Part shown: piece after piece, positions 26,272 to 35,800 of the stretch
How the letters are laid out: each line of letters starts with the position of its first letter
Numbering within the stretch: position 1 is the first letter of the stretch
Virus record (IMG/VR): IMGVR_UViG_3300033565_000049
Location: 1 to 62,572 of that record
Length of the DNA: 62,572 nucleotides
From: a virus
Reading direction: 5' to 3' (one strand)
Program-made: the position numbers and the translations under genes
Notes under the pieces: model-generated
Seen by the model: the letters and a program-made list of their open reading frames with translations, nothing else
Told to the model about the DNA's origin: nothing
Database searches by the model: none

Positions 26272-26648
26272 ACTGCCGGAATTTCGGGGATTAGAATTCG
26301 TTCTCGTAAGTCAGATTCCAAGTCGTTGAATCCGTGAAAATCTTCGAAGTAGATTTGAATTACCCGGTTTTTTCGGTTGGAGTTGTGCTTGTGAACGGCT
26401 AAAAATTCTTTTTTAGCAGCATCAGACTGGTTCCAGTCTTTCTGAAGGAAAATAGCAGTAGCTTTTTCGGTAATAACTTCTTTCCGTTTGTTGTCTTTTT
26501 CGATCTGCAACCAACCATCAGGAATACCTAAATTCAACGGATTAATGACTAAAGCGCCAAGTTCAAAAATCTTGTGTGTGATGTCACGCACGTTTGCTTT
26601 TGCAATTTCAGGATCCAGTCCTTCAGGAGGCGATGAAATGTAAATCAT
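26268..26648 (-). CDS. possible nucleoside 2-deoxyribosyltransferase-like (DUF4406-type) protein
   Basis: N-terminal MIYISSPPEG...ALVINPLNLG resembles the family pattern; the match is weak. Confidence 0.35.
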   Translation of the reverse strand: MIYISSPPEGLDPEIAKANVRDITHKIFELGALVINPLNLGIPDGWLQIEKDNKRKEVITEKATAIFLQKDWNQSDAAKKEFLAVHKHNSNRKNRVIQIYFEDFHGFNDLESDLRERILIPEIPAV

Positions 26649-26698
26649 TGTTGTAGGTTTTTGGGCGTGGGGACGCGTTTGTAATAGTGTTGTTTGTT

Positions 26699-26740
26699 CC
26701 CTTCGACTACCCTTCGATAAACTCAGGGAACTGCTCAGGG
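26699..26740. repeat. REP-like half-sites (CTTCGAC, CTTCGAT, CTCAGGG x2) next to the tRNA
   Basis: Same words as the CTTCGAC/GTCGAAG hairpin family. Confidence 0.5.
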
Positions 26741-26801
26741 TAAAAGGTGAAATTTAGGGGCTCCACGAAGGGTTCACCCCCAAATTGCTTCATCCACCGT
26801 G

Positions 26802-26874
26802 TAGCGAAGACAGGATTCGAACCTGCGACCTCCGGGTTATGGGCCCGGCGAGCTACCAACTGCTCTACTTCGCA
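26802..26874 (-). tRNA. tRNA-Met (anticodon CAU), initiator-like
   Basis: Hand-folded cloverleaf. U1-U72 mismatch, A11:U24, G29-31:C39-41, T-loop TTCGAAT, anticodon loop CCCAUAA (C33). No encoded CCA. Confidence 0.85.
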
Positions 26875-26890
26875 AAATTTTGCCCTTCTG

Positions 26891-26967
26891 CCTTCGACAC
26901 GCTTCGCTGCTCAGGCGACGGCTCAGGGACCAATGCTCCGGAAGAATAACTGCTGACCGAAGCGTGC
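26891..26967. repeat. REP-like element flanking the tRNA
   Basis: CCTTCGACACGCTTCGCTGCTCAGG (26891-26915) pairs imperfectly with CTGACCGAAGCGTGC (26953-26967). Confidence 0.55.
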
Positions 26968-27036
26968 ATTTATATATGTGTATTTGAACTCAGGCCATTT
27001 TTGTACAGCGGCCCCGACTGCTCAATCAATCTTAAA

Positions 27037-27579
27037 TTATTCAACAAGCTTATTTTTACAGGCATAGGCTACCAGCACACGGTCAGGATTAGATGTTCCG
27101 GTTAAACCCAGCTTGGAGTAAATGTGAGTTGTGTGATTGTGAACAGTTGACTGGCTAATGAAAAGCCGTTCTGCTATTTCAATTTCTGAGAATCCCTTCA
27201 CAAATAACGCGACCACTTGAATTTCGCGTTCTGACAGCTTCCCTGAAACACGGGCTTTACAGGTAATCCGCTTGCAGGTGTGGCGAATAGGGCATGATAC
27301 CCGCTCAAGCATAAAATTGCCGTCATCATCAATATCGGGGTTGCCATCACGGGTACTGAAATTACAAGCTACGAATTGATATACGCGGCCATATTCGCAA
27401 CCAGTAATCCCAATAACCTTGCACAATTCTTCATGAACCTCTGGGAATTGCTCTAGTATTTTATTATCGAGAGCAATAAACTCGATGCGTGGCATTTGAT
27501 CGAAACGTGTAACTGCTCCTGATTTTAAATCCTCCTTTAGAAGCATCGTTTTGTCTGTATTGAAAAAAAATTCAATCAT
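27037..27579 (-). CDS. LuxR/GerE-type HTH transcriptional regulator with a Cys-rich N-domain
   Basis: LSEREIQVVALFVKGFSEIEIAERLFISQSTVHNHTTHIYSKLG. Confidence 0.8.
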   Translation of the reverse strand: MIEFFFNTDKTMLLKEDLKSGAVTRFDQMPRIEFIALDNKILEQFPEVHEELCKVIGITGCEYGRVYQFVACNFSTRDGNPDIDDDGNFMLERVSCPIRHTCKRITCKARVSGKLSEREIQVVALFVKGFSEIEIAERLFISQSTVHNHTTHIYSKLGLTGTSNPDRVLVAYACKNKLVE

Positions 27580-27809
27580 ATTGTTTGGATATTTGCTGTT
27601 GATGGAAATAATTCATCGATTGATTTTTCGGCAATTTGAGCGATAACAACTTTTTGAGGATAGTCGAAAGTGTCATCATTAAGCTTGTTATAAAAAGTCT
27701 TTGGAGTGATGTCTAGGACCTCACATATTTTATCACGCAGCTCGACGTGTTGGTTTTTGAGAGAAGTATAATAATCCTTAAAGCTCATATTTTCCTGATT
27801 TGTGTCCAT
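27576..27809 (-). CDS. Cro/excisionase-like small HTH protein
   Basis: 77 aa, divergent from the cI-like gene; contains ICEVLDITPKTFYNKL. Confidence 0.5.
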   Translation of the reverse strand: MDTNQENMSFKDYYTSLKNQHVELRDKICEVLDITPKTFYNKLNDDTFDYPQKVVIAQIAEKSIDELFPSTANIQTI

Positions 27810-27933
27810 TTGTTTGCTTTGTTTAATTTTCTATTGTAATTTTTACACTGCGAATGTAACAATTATATGACACATGACAAATAAATATGACAATAATGTC
27901 ATATAAATATGATATTTATAATTCTTCTAAATA
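27810..27933. promoter_or_regulatory. divergent lysogeny-switch control region with ATATGACA operators
   Basis: ATATGACA-ataa-TGTCATAT at 27885..27904, plus half-sites at 27865-27872 and 27873-27879. Confidence 0.6.
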
Positions 27934-28320
27934 ATGGACTATGATCAAATCTGGTCACTCAAGAATCTCAGCGGTTTAAGTGATAGAAAATTTGCGAAAA
28001 GTATTGGTATGACAGGTCAGGGTTTTAAATCTATGATGGACAATAAGTCTTTAAAGGTTGAAACTCTTGAGCGGATGTGTGAAGAATATAAAAAACCACT
28101 GTCATATTTTTATGGCAAAACGGAACAGGAATCGACGATGTATGATAGCAGAGAGGTGATAAATCTAAGCGCCGAGCCAAAAGTCACAACTTACACCTGT
28201 CCTGACTGTATTGAAAAAGAAAATACCATTAAAGATTTACGGGCAAACCTAAATGATCTGAGAAAACATATTGAATTTTTGGAGTTTAGCCTGGGGAAGA
28301 GGAAAACCATCTCAAAGTAG
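27934..28320 (+). CDS. XRE/cI-like repressor
   Basis: N-terminal HTH LSDRKFAKSIGMTGQGFKSMM. One of only three + strand genes; lies upstream of int. Confidence 0.65.
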   Translation: MDYDQIWSLKNLSGLSDRKFAKSIGMTGQGFKSMMDNKSLKVETLERMCEEYKKPLSYFYGKTEQESTMYDSREVINLSAEPKVTTYTCPDCIEKENTIKDLRANLNDLRKHIEFLEFSLGKRKTISK

Positions 28321-28683
28321 TGCATCGTAATTATTTTACAATGCCGGGGCTAGTCTGTTGGGGTGGTGATGAAATTCAGGTTATAGAAGTGATAGAAGTA
28401 CTGGCCTTGGGACTTTTTTTAGGTGCATAAAATATACCAGGCGTTGGCTATTCGTAGTTAAAGCAATTTTTGAAAGCATATAAAATATTGATTGATAACG
28501 CATTTTGTTACAATGTGTGTGAACTTGCCGGGGTCACATACACATTGTATCAACAAAATCAAAATGCCGTCAATCCCTTTATTGACGGCATTTTTAGCAC
28601 TATAGCATTTCTTGAATAGGTCTGAAAATTCGTAGTTGAGTCGTAACCAGTTGAATTCGTAGTTAATCCGTAGCTCAAAAACA
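28321..28683. promoter_or_regulatory. candidate attP / integrase arm-site region
   Basis: ATTCGTAGTT 3 times (28450, 28628, 28655). Inverted repeat TACAATGTGTGTGA / TCACATACACATTGTA at about 28505-28555. Confidence 0.35.
28561..28596 (+). terminator. intrinsic terminator
   Basis: ATGCCGTCAAT-cccttt-ATTGACGGCAT followed by TTTT. Confidence 0.65.
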
Positions 28684-29955
28684 ATGGCAAACCTGAAAAT
28701 CTACATCGACCCGAAAAAAAAGAAGAAAAACGGGGAATCGAGCGTATTTATCACCGTCAACTTGCAGTATAAGAAGCTGTTCTTTTATACTGGCGTAAGT
28801 TGCGATCCCGATAAGTTTGACTTGGCAACCAATAAAATCAAAGGAAATTCGAAAGAGGTTAAAGATGACAATCTGATAATAGATCGCTGTGTGGCCAGTC
28901 TAAACGATATATTCGTCAGATACAGGTTGCAAAATATAGAATTAACACCCGACTTACTGAAGCGAGAATGGAAGAACCCAACGCGTCGGATAGATTTCTT
29001 CACGTTTTTTGATGAAGCATTTAAGGAGCGCAAGAATGATATTGCTCCAGGAACATATAAACAGCATCAATCATCAATTGATAAGTTAAAGGAGTTTATT
29101 CATGATCGCAATAAAGGTGCGTCAGGCAATACACGGAAACAGTCAGACGCGGTAACTACAGGGAAAAAGAAAAAAATAGTATATACCGAAAAACTGGCAT
29201 TCTCTGAAATCGACAGTGAGCTGGTTGAATCATATCGTCGATGGTTAAAAATGACCAAGGGTAATGACCTGAATACCATCTATACGGCCCTTAAGAACTT
29301 CAAAACGTATGTAAACATTGCTAAGCGTAAGGGGGTTATCGATCATTCGCCGTTCGATAATTATCGCCTGCGGAAATCGAACCCTGACCGTATTTTCCTG
29401 ACTGAAGCCGAATTGCAGTCGCTTTGGAAACTGTATGAAAAGGATTACCTGGCGGATGGTGACCAACGCGTTTTAAGGCATTTTCTGTTTATGTGTTTCA
29501 CCGGGTTGCGCATATCTGACCTGAAATCGATTACTCCCGATAGCCTTGTTGGTGATGTTCTGGTATATTCGGCGGTTAAAACCCGCTCGATTAAAACGGG
29601 GCAAACGGTAAAAGTGCCGTTGAACATGTATGCTAAAAAACTGATTGCCGACGAAGCGACTAAAACCGGGCTGTTGTTTAATTGCCTGAGCGATCAAAAG
29701 ATGAATGTAAAAATAAAGGAGATTGTAAAAGCAGCAAAACCGAAGATACTGAAGGATGTGAGCAACCATTCGGCCAGGCATACATTTGCAACGCTCTGGA
29801 TGAATAAAACAAAGGATGTTTTGGCTCTTCAAAAGCTATTGGGACATAGCGATATTTCTCAGACTATGATTTATGCCCATATAACCGATGGCATGATTGC
29901 AGCCGAAATGAATAATTTCGAAAATACACTGTTTGCCGAAAAACAAACCAAGTAA
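28684..29955 (+). CDS. int: tyrosine integrase (Bacteroidota phage/CTn type)
   Basis: Catalytic residues TGLRISD (R), HSARHTFAT (HxxR) and LGHSDISQTMIYAH (H, Y). Confidence 0.9.
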   Translation: MANLKIYIDPKKKKKNGESSVFITVNLQYKKLFFYTGVSCDPDKFDLATNKIKGNSKEVKDDNLIIDRCVASLNDIFVRYRLQNIELTPDLLKREWKNPTRRIDFFTFFDEAFKERKNDIAPGTYKQHQSSIDKLKEFIHDRNKGASGNTRKQSDAVTTGKKKKIVYTEKLAFSEIDSELVESYRRWLKMTKGNDLNTIYTALKNFKTYVNIAKRKGVIDHSPFDNYRLRKSNPDRIFLTEAELQSLWKLYEKDYLADGDQRVLRHFLFMCFTGLRISDLKSITPDSLVGDVLVYSAVKTRSIKTGQTVKVPLNMYAKKLIADEATKTGLLFNCLSDQKMNVKIKEIVKAAKPKILKDVSNHSARHTFATLWMNKTKDVLALQKLLGHSDISQTMIYAHITDGMIAAEMNNFENTLFAEKQTK

Positions 29956-29972
29956 CCTACCTACCACTTACC

Positions 29973-30010
29973 ACAAAAAAAAATCCGGATACACTCGGCA
30001 GTATCCGGAT
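29973..30010. terminator. convergent terminator hairpin between int and 30042..30443
   Basis: ATCCGGATAC-actcggca-GTATCCGGAT; an A9 run on + gives a T-run for the minus transcript. Confidence 0.65.
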
Positions 30011-30041
30011 CTAAACCAATAAAACTATTTAACTAAAAAAC

Positions 30042-30443
30042 CTAAACCTGCGAATCGGCCCTGATCTGTATTGGGCTGATTGTAATATTTTCAGTGGTTG
30101 CTTTCGTGCTTTGTAAATTAGGTGGTCGTTTATAAGAATCAAGTGTCATCTGGCATAATCGATCAACATAAAGCGTAGCAACGGCAGGTAATTTAAGACT
30201 GATTTTCTCATCCGAGAACAAACTGTTTGCTGGCAAAATAACATCCTGATGAGATAAAACGACCACATTACTTAATTGCTGATTTGCAACACCCCCAATC
30301 TCCTGAATCATAGCTACAGGTGCCACATGGCCAACGTCGGCCACAAACGTAATTTGTTTATCAATACTCGTCGCCTGCGAATAACCTGGTGGCATTGCCA
30401 CCAAGCAGATCGCCAAAAATAGGAATGCTAAAATCGCTTTCAT
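30042..30443 (-). CDS. secreted protein (signal peptide); probable moron
   Basis: MKAILAFLFLAICLVAMPPGYSQA; has its own promoter-family site and terminator. Confidence 0.6.
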   Translation of the reverse strand: MKAILAFLFLAICLVAMPPGYSQATSIDKQITFVADVGHVAPVAMIQEIGGVANQQLSNVVVLSHQDVILPANSLFSDEKISLKLPAVATLYVDRLCQMTLDSYKRPPNLQSTKATTENITISPIQIRADSQV

Positions 30444-30477
30444 CTGGTAAAATTTTGGTTATTAATAATTGTGAAAT

Positions 30478-30513
30478 CAAATTTTCTGATTTTTACCGGC
30501 CGGGAAAAGGACA
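30478..30513 (-). promoter_or_regulatory. promoter-family member (TGTCCTTTt-N19-AAAATTTG)
   Basis: The -7 box ends 34 nt before the ATG at 30443. Preceded by REP-like sequence at 30514..30560. Confidence 0.55.
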
Positions 30514-30566
30514 ACTTTGATAGGACTTCGGCGAGAGCTCTGTCGAACGCTCAGTTACCAAACTTA

Positions 30567-30797
30567 CTATCCTTTATCCTGCTCGTCCCAGCACCATCGA
30601 CAGCCATTGTAACCCATTTTATTTATTAGTTTCAATGCCCTCGACTTCGAAATGTATTCGCGGTTATGATCGGCAATAAGGTCAAGCTTGCAATTGCTCG
30701 ACTTATCGCTCAGTTTGTGTATCTCGCGGCTTCGGTGGTTTACCACATATCCGTAACCAAATAAATCCATTAAAAATTCCCAGAACGTTAGTTTCAT
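30567..30797 (-). CDS. small His/Cys protein (possible Ada-like Zn-binding domain)
   Basis: 76 aa with REIHKL...NCKLD...GYNGCRWC. Confidence 0.45.
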   Translation of the reverse strand: MKLTFWEFLMDLFGYGYVVNHRSREIHKLSDKSSNCKLDLIADHNREYISKSRALKLINKMGYNGCRWCWDEQDKG

Positions 30798-30831
30798 GGC
30801 TGTTTATTTAAAGAGTTTAACTGTTATAAAA

Positions 30832-31326
30832 TCATGCAGCCGTATTCTGATCTGGCTTCTGAAATTTCATTTTATTAATGAATTCAACCATTTTCTGCTT
30901 TTCGGCACTTCCAGCTGATGATCCGTAATAATATCCGTAAACAAATCCAATCAGCATCGAAATGATTGGTAATATTTCCCGGTCTTTTGAATCGGAAAAC
31001 ATATAAAGGATAAGCAATATGAATATAAATGCTACTGTGACGAGTGTCAGGATAGGCATAATATTTTTATTCAGCTTTGTGGCCTGTTCTGATGTAGCAA
31101 TAGAGACTTCGCGCTGGCGAGCATTCGCCATCTCGCCAAAATCAAGTTGTTTCTCTTCGATCGACATTTTTTGCATCTCAAGCTGAAACTGCATTTCTGA
31201 TTTGCGAATTTCATTGTCTAATTGCCCTTTTTCCTCCTTCGTAGTTATCACATTATCGAGTACTTTGCCAACCGAATCGACCAGCGTACTTGCTCCTTTT
31301 GAAAATATCTCGTTTAGAAATCCCAT
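30832..31326 (-). CDS. holin (3-TM, GTA-holin-like)
   Basis: N-terminal GFLNEIFSKGASTLVDSVGKVLDNVITTKEEK, coiled coil and TM helices. Follows the endolysin. Start set at 31326. Confidence 0.6.
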   Translation of the reverse strand: MGFLNEIFSKGASTLVDSVGKVLDNVITTKEEKGQLDNEIRKSEMQFQLEMQKMSIEEKQLDFGEMANARQREVSIATSEQATKLNKNIMPILTLVTVAFIFILLILYMFSDSKDREILPIISMLIGFVYGYYYGSSAGSAEKQKMVEFINKMKFQKPDQNTAA

Positions 31327-31337
31327 GATTTTAATTA

Positions 31338-31874
31338 TTAAGCGTTTTCTCCTAAAGCTCTGATAACCCAACCGTAGAAGTATTTCCGGCTGGTAGGTCG
31401 TTTCTTCACGATGTTAACGTATCGGGCAATTTTGGCAACGGTGAATGCTGCGAGGAAATGCTCCGGATCGAAAGCATTAATTGCTGTTAGCGAATCGGGA
31501 CCAATCACTCCATCGGCTTTTACTCCAACGACCATTTGTGCCAATGCGGAGCTGGTACCAATTCCACCGTTTACTCCAAAATCGAAGATTGAACTGGCCA
31601 CTTCCTGATTGGTAATTTGATCACCATTCATTTTATCCCAGAAAGTGATACGATAGAAGTCTGAAACGCTTTGCTGAATATCTGGATCCCGATCAAGATT
31701 AGCTGGGAAACCTGACTGACGTTTCAGCATATCGATCGTAGTCCAACCGTCCCATTTGCTGAAAATTTTGCGGGCTACACCTTTGTAGGTTTCGCCACCC
31801 GGATCATCCGGATCGTTGACATAGCCACCTTCGTGGACAATCATTAACTGGAATGCTTGAGTAAAGTCTGCCAT
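31338..31874 (-). CDS. endolysin: GH108 lysozyme plus a peptidoglycan-binding domain
   Basis: VHEGGYVNDPDDPGGETYKG signature; the C-terminal half fits the PG_binding_3 pattern. Confidence 0.85.
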   Translation of the reverse strand: MADFTQAFQLMIVHEGGYVNDPDDPGGETYKGVARKIFSKWDGWTTIDMLKRQSGFPANLDRDPDIQQSVSDFYRITFWDKMNGDQITNQEVASSIFDFGVNGGIGTSSALAQMVVGVKADGVIGPDSLTAINAFDPEHFLAAFTVAKIARYVNIVKKRPTSRKYFYGWVIRALGENA

Positions 31875-31876
31875 GT

Positions 31877-32146
31877 TTATTTATTTTGTCGTAAAATATA
31901 ACCAGCTTGTTCGTTTAGCCTTGTCGCTATTTTATCGATGTTCATATTAATTTTTTCTTGATCCTGTCTCCATTCAAGCCGCATAGTTTCAACTTTTTGA
32001 GAGGTATTCATAATTCGCTCATCCTGAACATCAATTTTTCGAAGTGTAGTTGTATAAAATGCAAAACCGCCAAGCAGTAATGCGAGTAAAAACCCTGCGA
32101 GAACAGTACTTAAAACCTTAATAAAGGTTGATTCTTTTTCCGACAT
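31877..32146 (-). CDS. lysis-module membrane protein (N-terminal TM plus coiled coil; spanin/holin-accessory-like)
   Basis: LAGFLLALLLGGFAF followed by a coiled coil. Confidence 0.5.
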   Translation of the reverse strand: MSEKESTFIKVLSTVLAGFLLALLLGGFAFYTTTLRKIDVQDERIMNTSQKVETMRLEWRQDQEKINMNIDKIATRLNEQAGYILRQNK

Positions 32147-32157
32147 AACTATAAGTT

Positions 32158-32355
32158 TTATATTCCGGGCTCAACCGGAAGTTTATAATTTTCAGCTTTG
32201 AAAAATGCCACTTCATAATCAAGTTGCCGTTTAATCTCAGCTATGTGTTCTTCGGTATCATCTTTATTTTCTTCAAGCATATCGAGAATAAACCAACCTA
32301 ACCAATCTGGATGCATTGATCGTTCTATTCCTTTGTATGATTGAACTTGTTGCAT
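32158..32355 (-). CDS. hypothetical protein
   Basis: 65-aa ORF. Confidence 0.45.
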   Translation of the reverse strand: MQQVQSYKGIERSMHPDWLGWFILDMLEENKDDTEEHIAEIKRQLDYEVAFFKAENYKLPVEPGI

Positions 32356-32756
32356 TAGTATGCTCCTGATTTTTCGTCCATCAAACCCTCCTGAATAAAG
32401 TTCGTTTTCCAGTTTTTATAAAAATCAGGAATTGATGGGATGCGCCTTTGAACAGGTAACATTACCCTTATTAAAACTTGTTTTTGGCTTTCGGTAGTAG
32501 TTATGGTTTTTGTGCCATAAGCTACAAGAGTAATCGTTGGAGTCTTACTGGTAACCCAATGTCCGGTGGCGTCCAGATACAGACCATTTATTTTTAACAC
32601 AGAAACTTTTAAGACTAAATCAAATGGTCTGTCAATTGGAGTATTACAATATTCCAGGTATTTGGCATATTCAACCTTATCTGATGATTTTACTACAGTC
32701 TGAGCAGATAATACTGAACTAAACAGGATTATAAGTATTAAATAAAATAGTTTCAT
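32355..32756 (-). CDS. secreted protein (signal peptide)
   Basis: MKLFYLILIILFSSVLSAQT; has its own promoter. Confidence 0.55.
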   Translation of the reverse strand: MKLFYLILIILFSSVLSAQTVVKSSDKVEYAKYLEYCNTPIDRPFDLVLKVSVLKINGLYLDATGHWVTSKTPTITLVAYGTKTITTTESQKQVLIRVMLPVQRRIPSIPDFYKNWKTNFIQEGLMDEKSGAY

Positions 32757-32768
32757 GCGTTTTTATTT

Positions 32769-32804
32769 CAAACTTAACCCCTATGGCCAGCAATGGAAAG
32801 GACA
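32769..32804 (-). promoter_or_regulatory. promoter-family member (TGTCCTTTc-N19-TAAGTTTG)
   Basis: Perfect TAnnTTTG box 12 nt before the ATG at 32756. Confidence 0.65.
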
Positions 32805-32831
32805 AAAAAAAGCGACCGAAGCCGCTTTTTG
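32803..32831 (-). terminator. intrinsic terminator after the fibre gene
   Basis: AGCGAC-cgaa-GCCGCT hairpin between an A8 run and a T5 run. Confidence 0.6.
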
Positions 32832-32862
32832 AGATTTATAAAATGATTGGAGTTTCCTTACT

Positions 32863-35800
32863 CTATTGTATAAATGCGCCCTTTTGCCATACCAATGGCT
32901 GTCCTTTTGTAACAATTATAGGAGTAGTTGTTACGTTTCCAAATGTGCTTAAAACGTCTAATCCCGTATTATATGCTACTGACAAATCAATTCCGGATAT
33001 TGGAGTTGCTGGAATCAAATTTGCGCTAAGTGAAGGATCGGCAACGACAGAATTAAGGAGTTTACCAGCTGCATTTGCAGTTGCCAAATCGCTATAATTA
33101 GTGCCATCTGAAAGCAAATATTGACCGCCGTATAGTTGATTATTTTCTGCCAAACATCCGTTTGCAGCGGCATGAGCATCCATACCAATCAAAGTATTTG
33201 CATTTAAAACATTTTTTAAAATGTTATTTTTCGCAATTACGTTTTCACTCCACTGACTTCCGGCCTGTACTAAATTTTGATCAATCCGTAAACAGAAGCT
33301 ACAATCTGTAACTGTATTATTAAAGACATTCAGCCCACGCACTCCGCGAACATAAATGCCCGATACTGCTCCAGAAACAAGATTATAAGACAATCCATTT
33401 CCCGTATAAGTATCCATAAGACCGGTTTTAACAACAATGCCATTGTATGCATTCTTGACTTTATTGAATTTCACGGTCATGTTTTTACCGCACGACAAAA
33501 GCAAACCGTGTCCAGCAGCATTTTGAGTATTTACAGCTTCAACATAATTTCCTACTATTACAGAATTATCGCAGCGATTTAGTAAACCTAATTCACCTCC
33601 TAAACTGATACATGTTGATGAAGTTGATGAACTTCTAATAAAATTGTAGCTAATCGTATCAGCGCCGTTTGTTGCGGTTCCTGAATTAAATGTCTTGCTG
33701 ATTTCAGTGAAGTATAACAATGACTCAGATGTAAATACATTTCTCAAAACGTTTATCTGATGATCTTTTACAATAAGACCATATCCTAAATTGTTAATTG
33801 AAATTTGGCCTACCTGAGAAATTACATTATCCGTAAAATTTACAATGTATTTATTTGTGGTGTATCCGGTAAGGTTAACTGGAGCATACGAAATAGTGCC
33901 TCCGGCTACATTTAAAATGCTCACATTGTTATACTTAAAATCAACATTTTTTGCTGCGGCCATAGTGCTATTGGCGTCAGCAATCATGTTATTTCTCGTC
34001 ACAACCCTGTTCCCTTTGAAGGTGAAATTAATATCACCAAGGGGGAACATATTTTTCGATACCGTAGCAGCTGCATCGCAAGTTACTATTGAATTAACAA
34101 TAGTTGAATCACTTGTAAGGGTGGGTGTAAGAACGTTTTTGAAAATACAACTATTTAATACTATGTATTTAAGCTGTGCATTTATATAACCTGTTGATGA
34201 AATAATGCAATTTGTAAACTGATAGCCGTTTGAGCTATCATATGAAAATTGAGTACCAAGATTAGTGAAAGTACATCGATTAAACTTATTCAGAACACTA
34301 CCCGAAGCAGTAACGGCAATGCCGTATGTTTTGCCGTCATTAAACGTAATTCCTTCACAGTCAAAATAGATAGTTGCCCCACTCTTACTTATTACTCGAT
34401 CTGTAACACCATTAATCTGGACTAAACCGACACCTACAAGTTTCAATTGCTTTGAAACAGAAATAAACGATGCTTCTTGGTATACACCGTTGTGTATATA
34501 GATCGTGTCGCCTGTGGCTGCTGCGGTCATTGCTGCCGTAATGGTTGTATAAGTTTTACCTACGCCAACGTCTCTGAAATTACTGGTGAGTTTTGCATTT
34601 ACTCCAAAATAAGTGTTGCAATGCACTAAATCTGCATCTGATTTTACCGTGTTATACAAAACGATGTCAAGTACTCTTGCCGGATCAGTCTCTACACCAT
34701 TAACATCAACTACCTGCGCATATTGTCGGCAAAACAGTTTATGTGCGTAATTTACGTCTGAGAACAACGCAGTAACAGGAATTTGATTTGGAGTTCCACC
34801 TGCTGCATAAAGGAAGTTATTAACGTCGGCAGAAATTAAAGTAGCATCACCAACCGGAGCCGAAATAGTTGCCTGAGATTTATAAGGCACTCCGGCAAGC
34901 CATGCAGACGGAAAGTCTTTATTTGTAATGGTAAAATGACGGTTATTACCTGACTTATCGAGTAATTGATTACCTGAAATAAGACCGTCCAACCAAAATA
35001 ATGCGTCAGTACTCAGGGGGATTCCTACCATAGAAAGCGTCTGGTCAGCACTATATGTAGTACCATCGCTGTTCACTGCTTTAAATCGCCAATGTAATTG
35101 TGAATCTGAAGCTAAACCAGTTAATCCAACTGTTTTTGCACCATTTTCAGACGTAATTCCTCCGGTCTGAATAGAACCGTAGGCAGTTGTTGCTCCATAT
35201 TCGATTGACCAAGTTGTTGATAATCCCTTGCAATCCAGAGTTGCTCCGACCGTAGCAGTCGTATCGGTAATTGAAGTTTGGGTTGGTAGTGTAATATCCG
35301 GAGGAGTCAATGCAGAATTAATTCCATAAGCCGTTTTTACCAGTCCTGAAATCAAATAGTCTCCATTGAAACTATAGTGCGTTCCGTCTTTTGTCATCGG
35401 ATTAATAATCCGAATAGTGTCTGTAGCCGCAATTGCACTTGATATGGTATTAATCGTGTTAGCTGTGTTTGAAGTAATTAGTGCCATTACATTCTGAGTT
35501 ACAGAATATAGCATTTTGCCTTTAAACTGGTCAATTGACCATGCCTGACCCGTAAAAGTGAATCGGTGTGAGGTTTTTGATGATGGGATTCCAGTAAAAT
35601 AAAGGGTTTCATCACACGCCCACTTGCCCGTTGTTGCGTTTTCGGTTGTTGCGGCAACATCTATAACTGTTGCATATCCGTCTAATGCGCCACTTCTTAA
35701 TTGAGAGTTTACCGACTGCCTGACGGTTTGAATGCCTGCAACTAATGTCTGATTAGCAAGCGTTTGCCAACCATCCGTTGAAGTAGTCATTGGCGAGATG

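Noticed and set aside
26802-26874. The tRNA as the phage half of an att site
   Set aside because: The tRNA is complete (73 nt, all four arms) and 1.8 kb from int, with three genes between them. It is more likely an expressed phage tRNA, although integration into the host tRNA-Met gene is not excluded.
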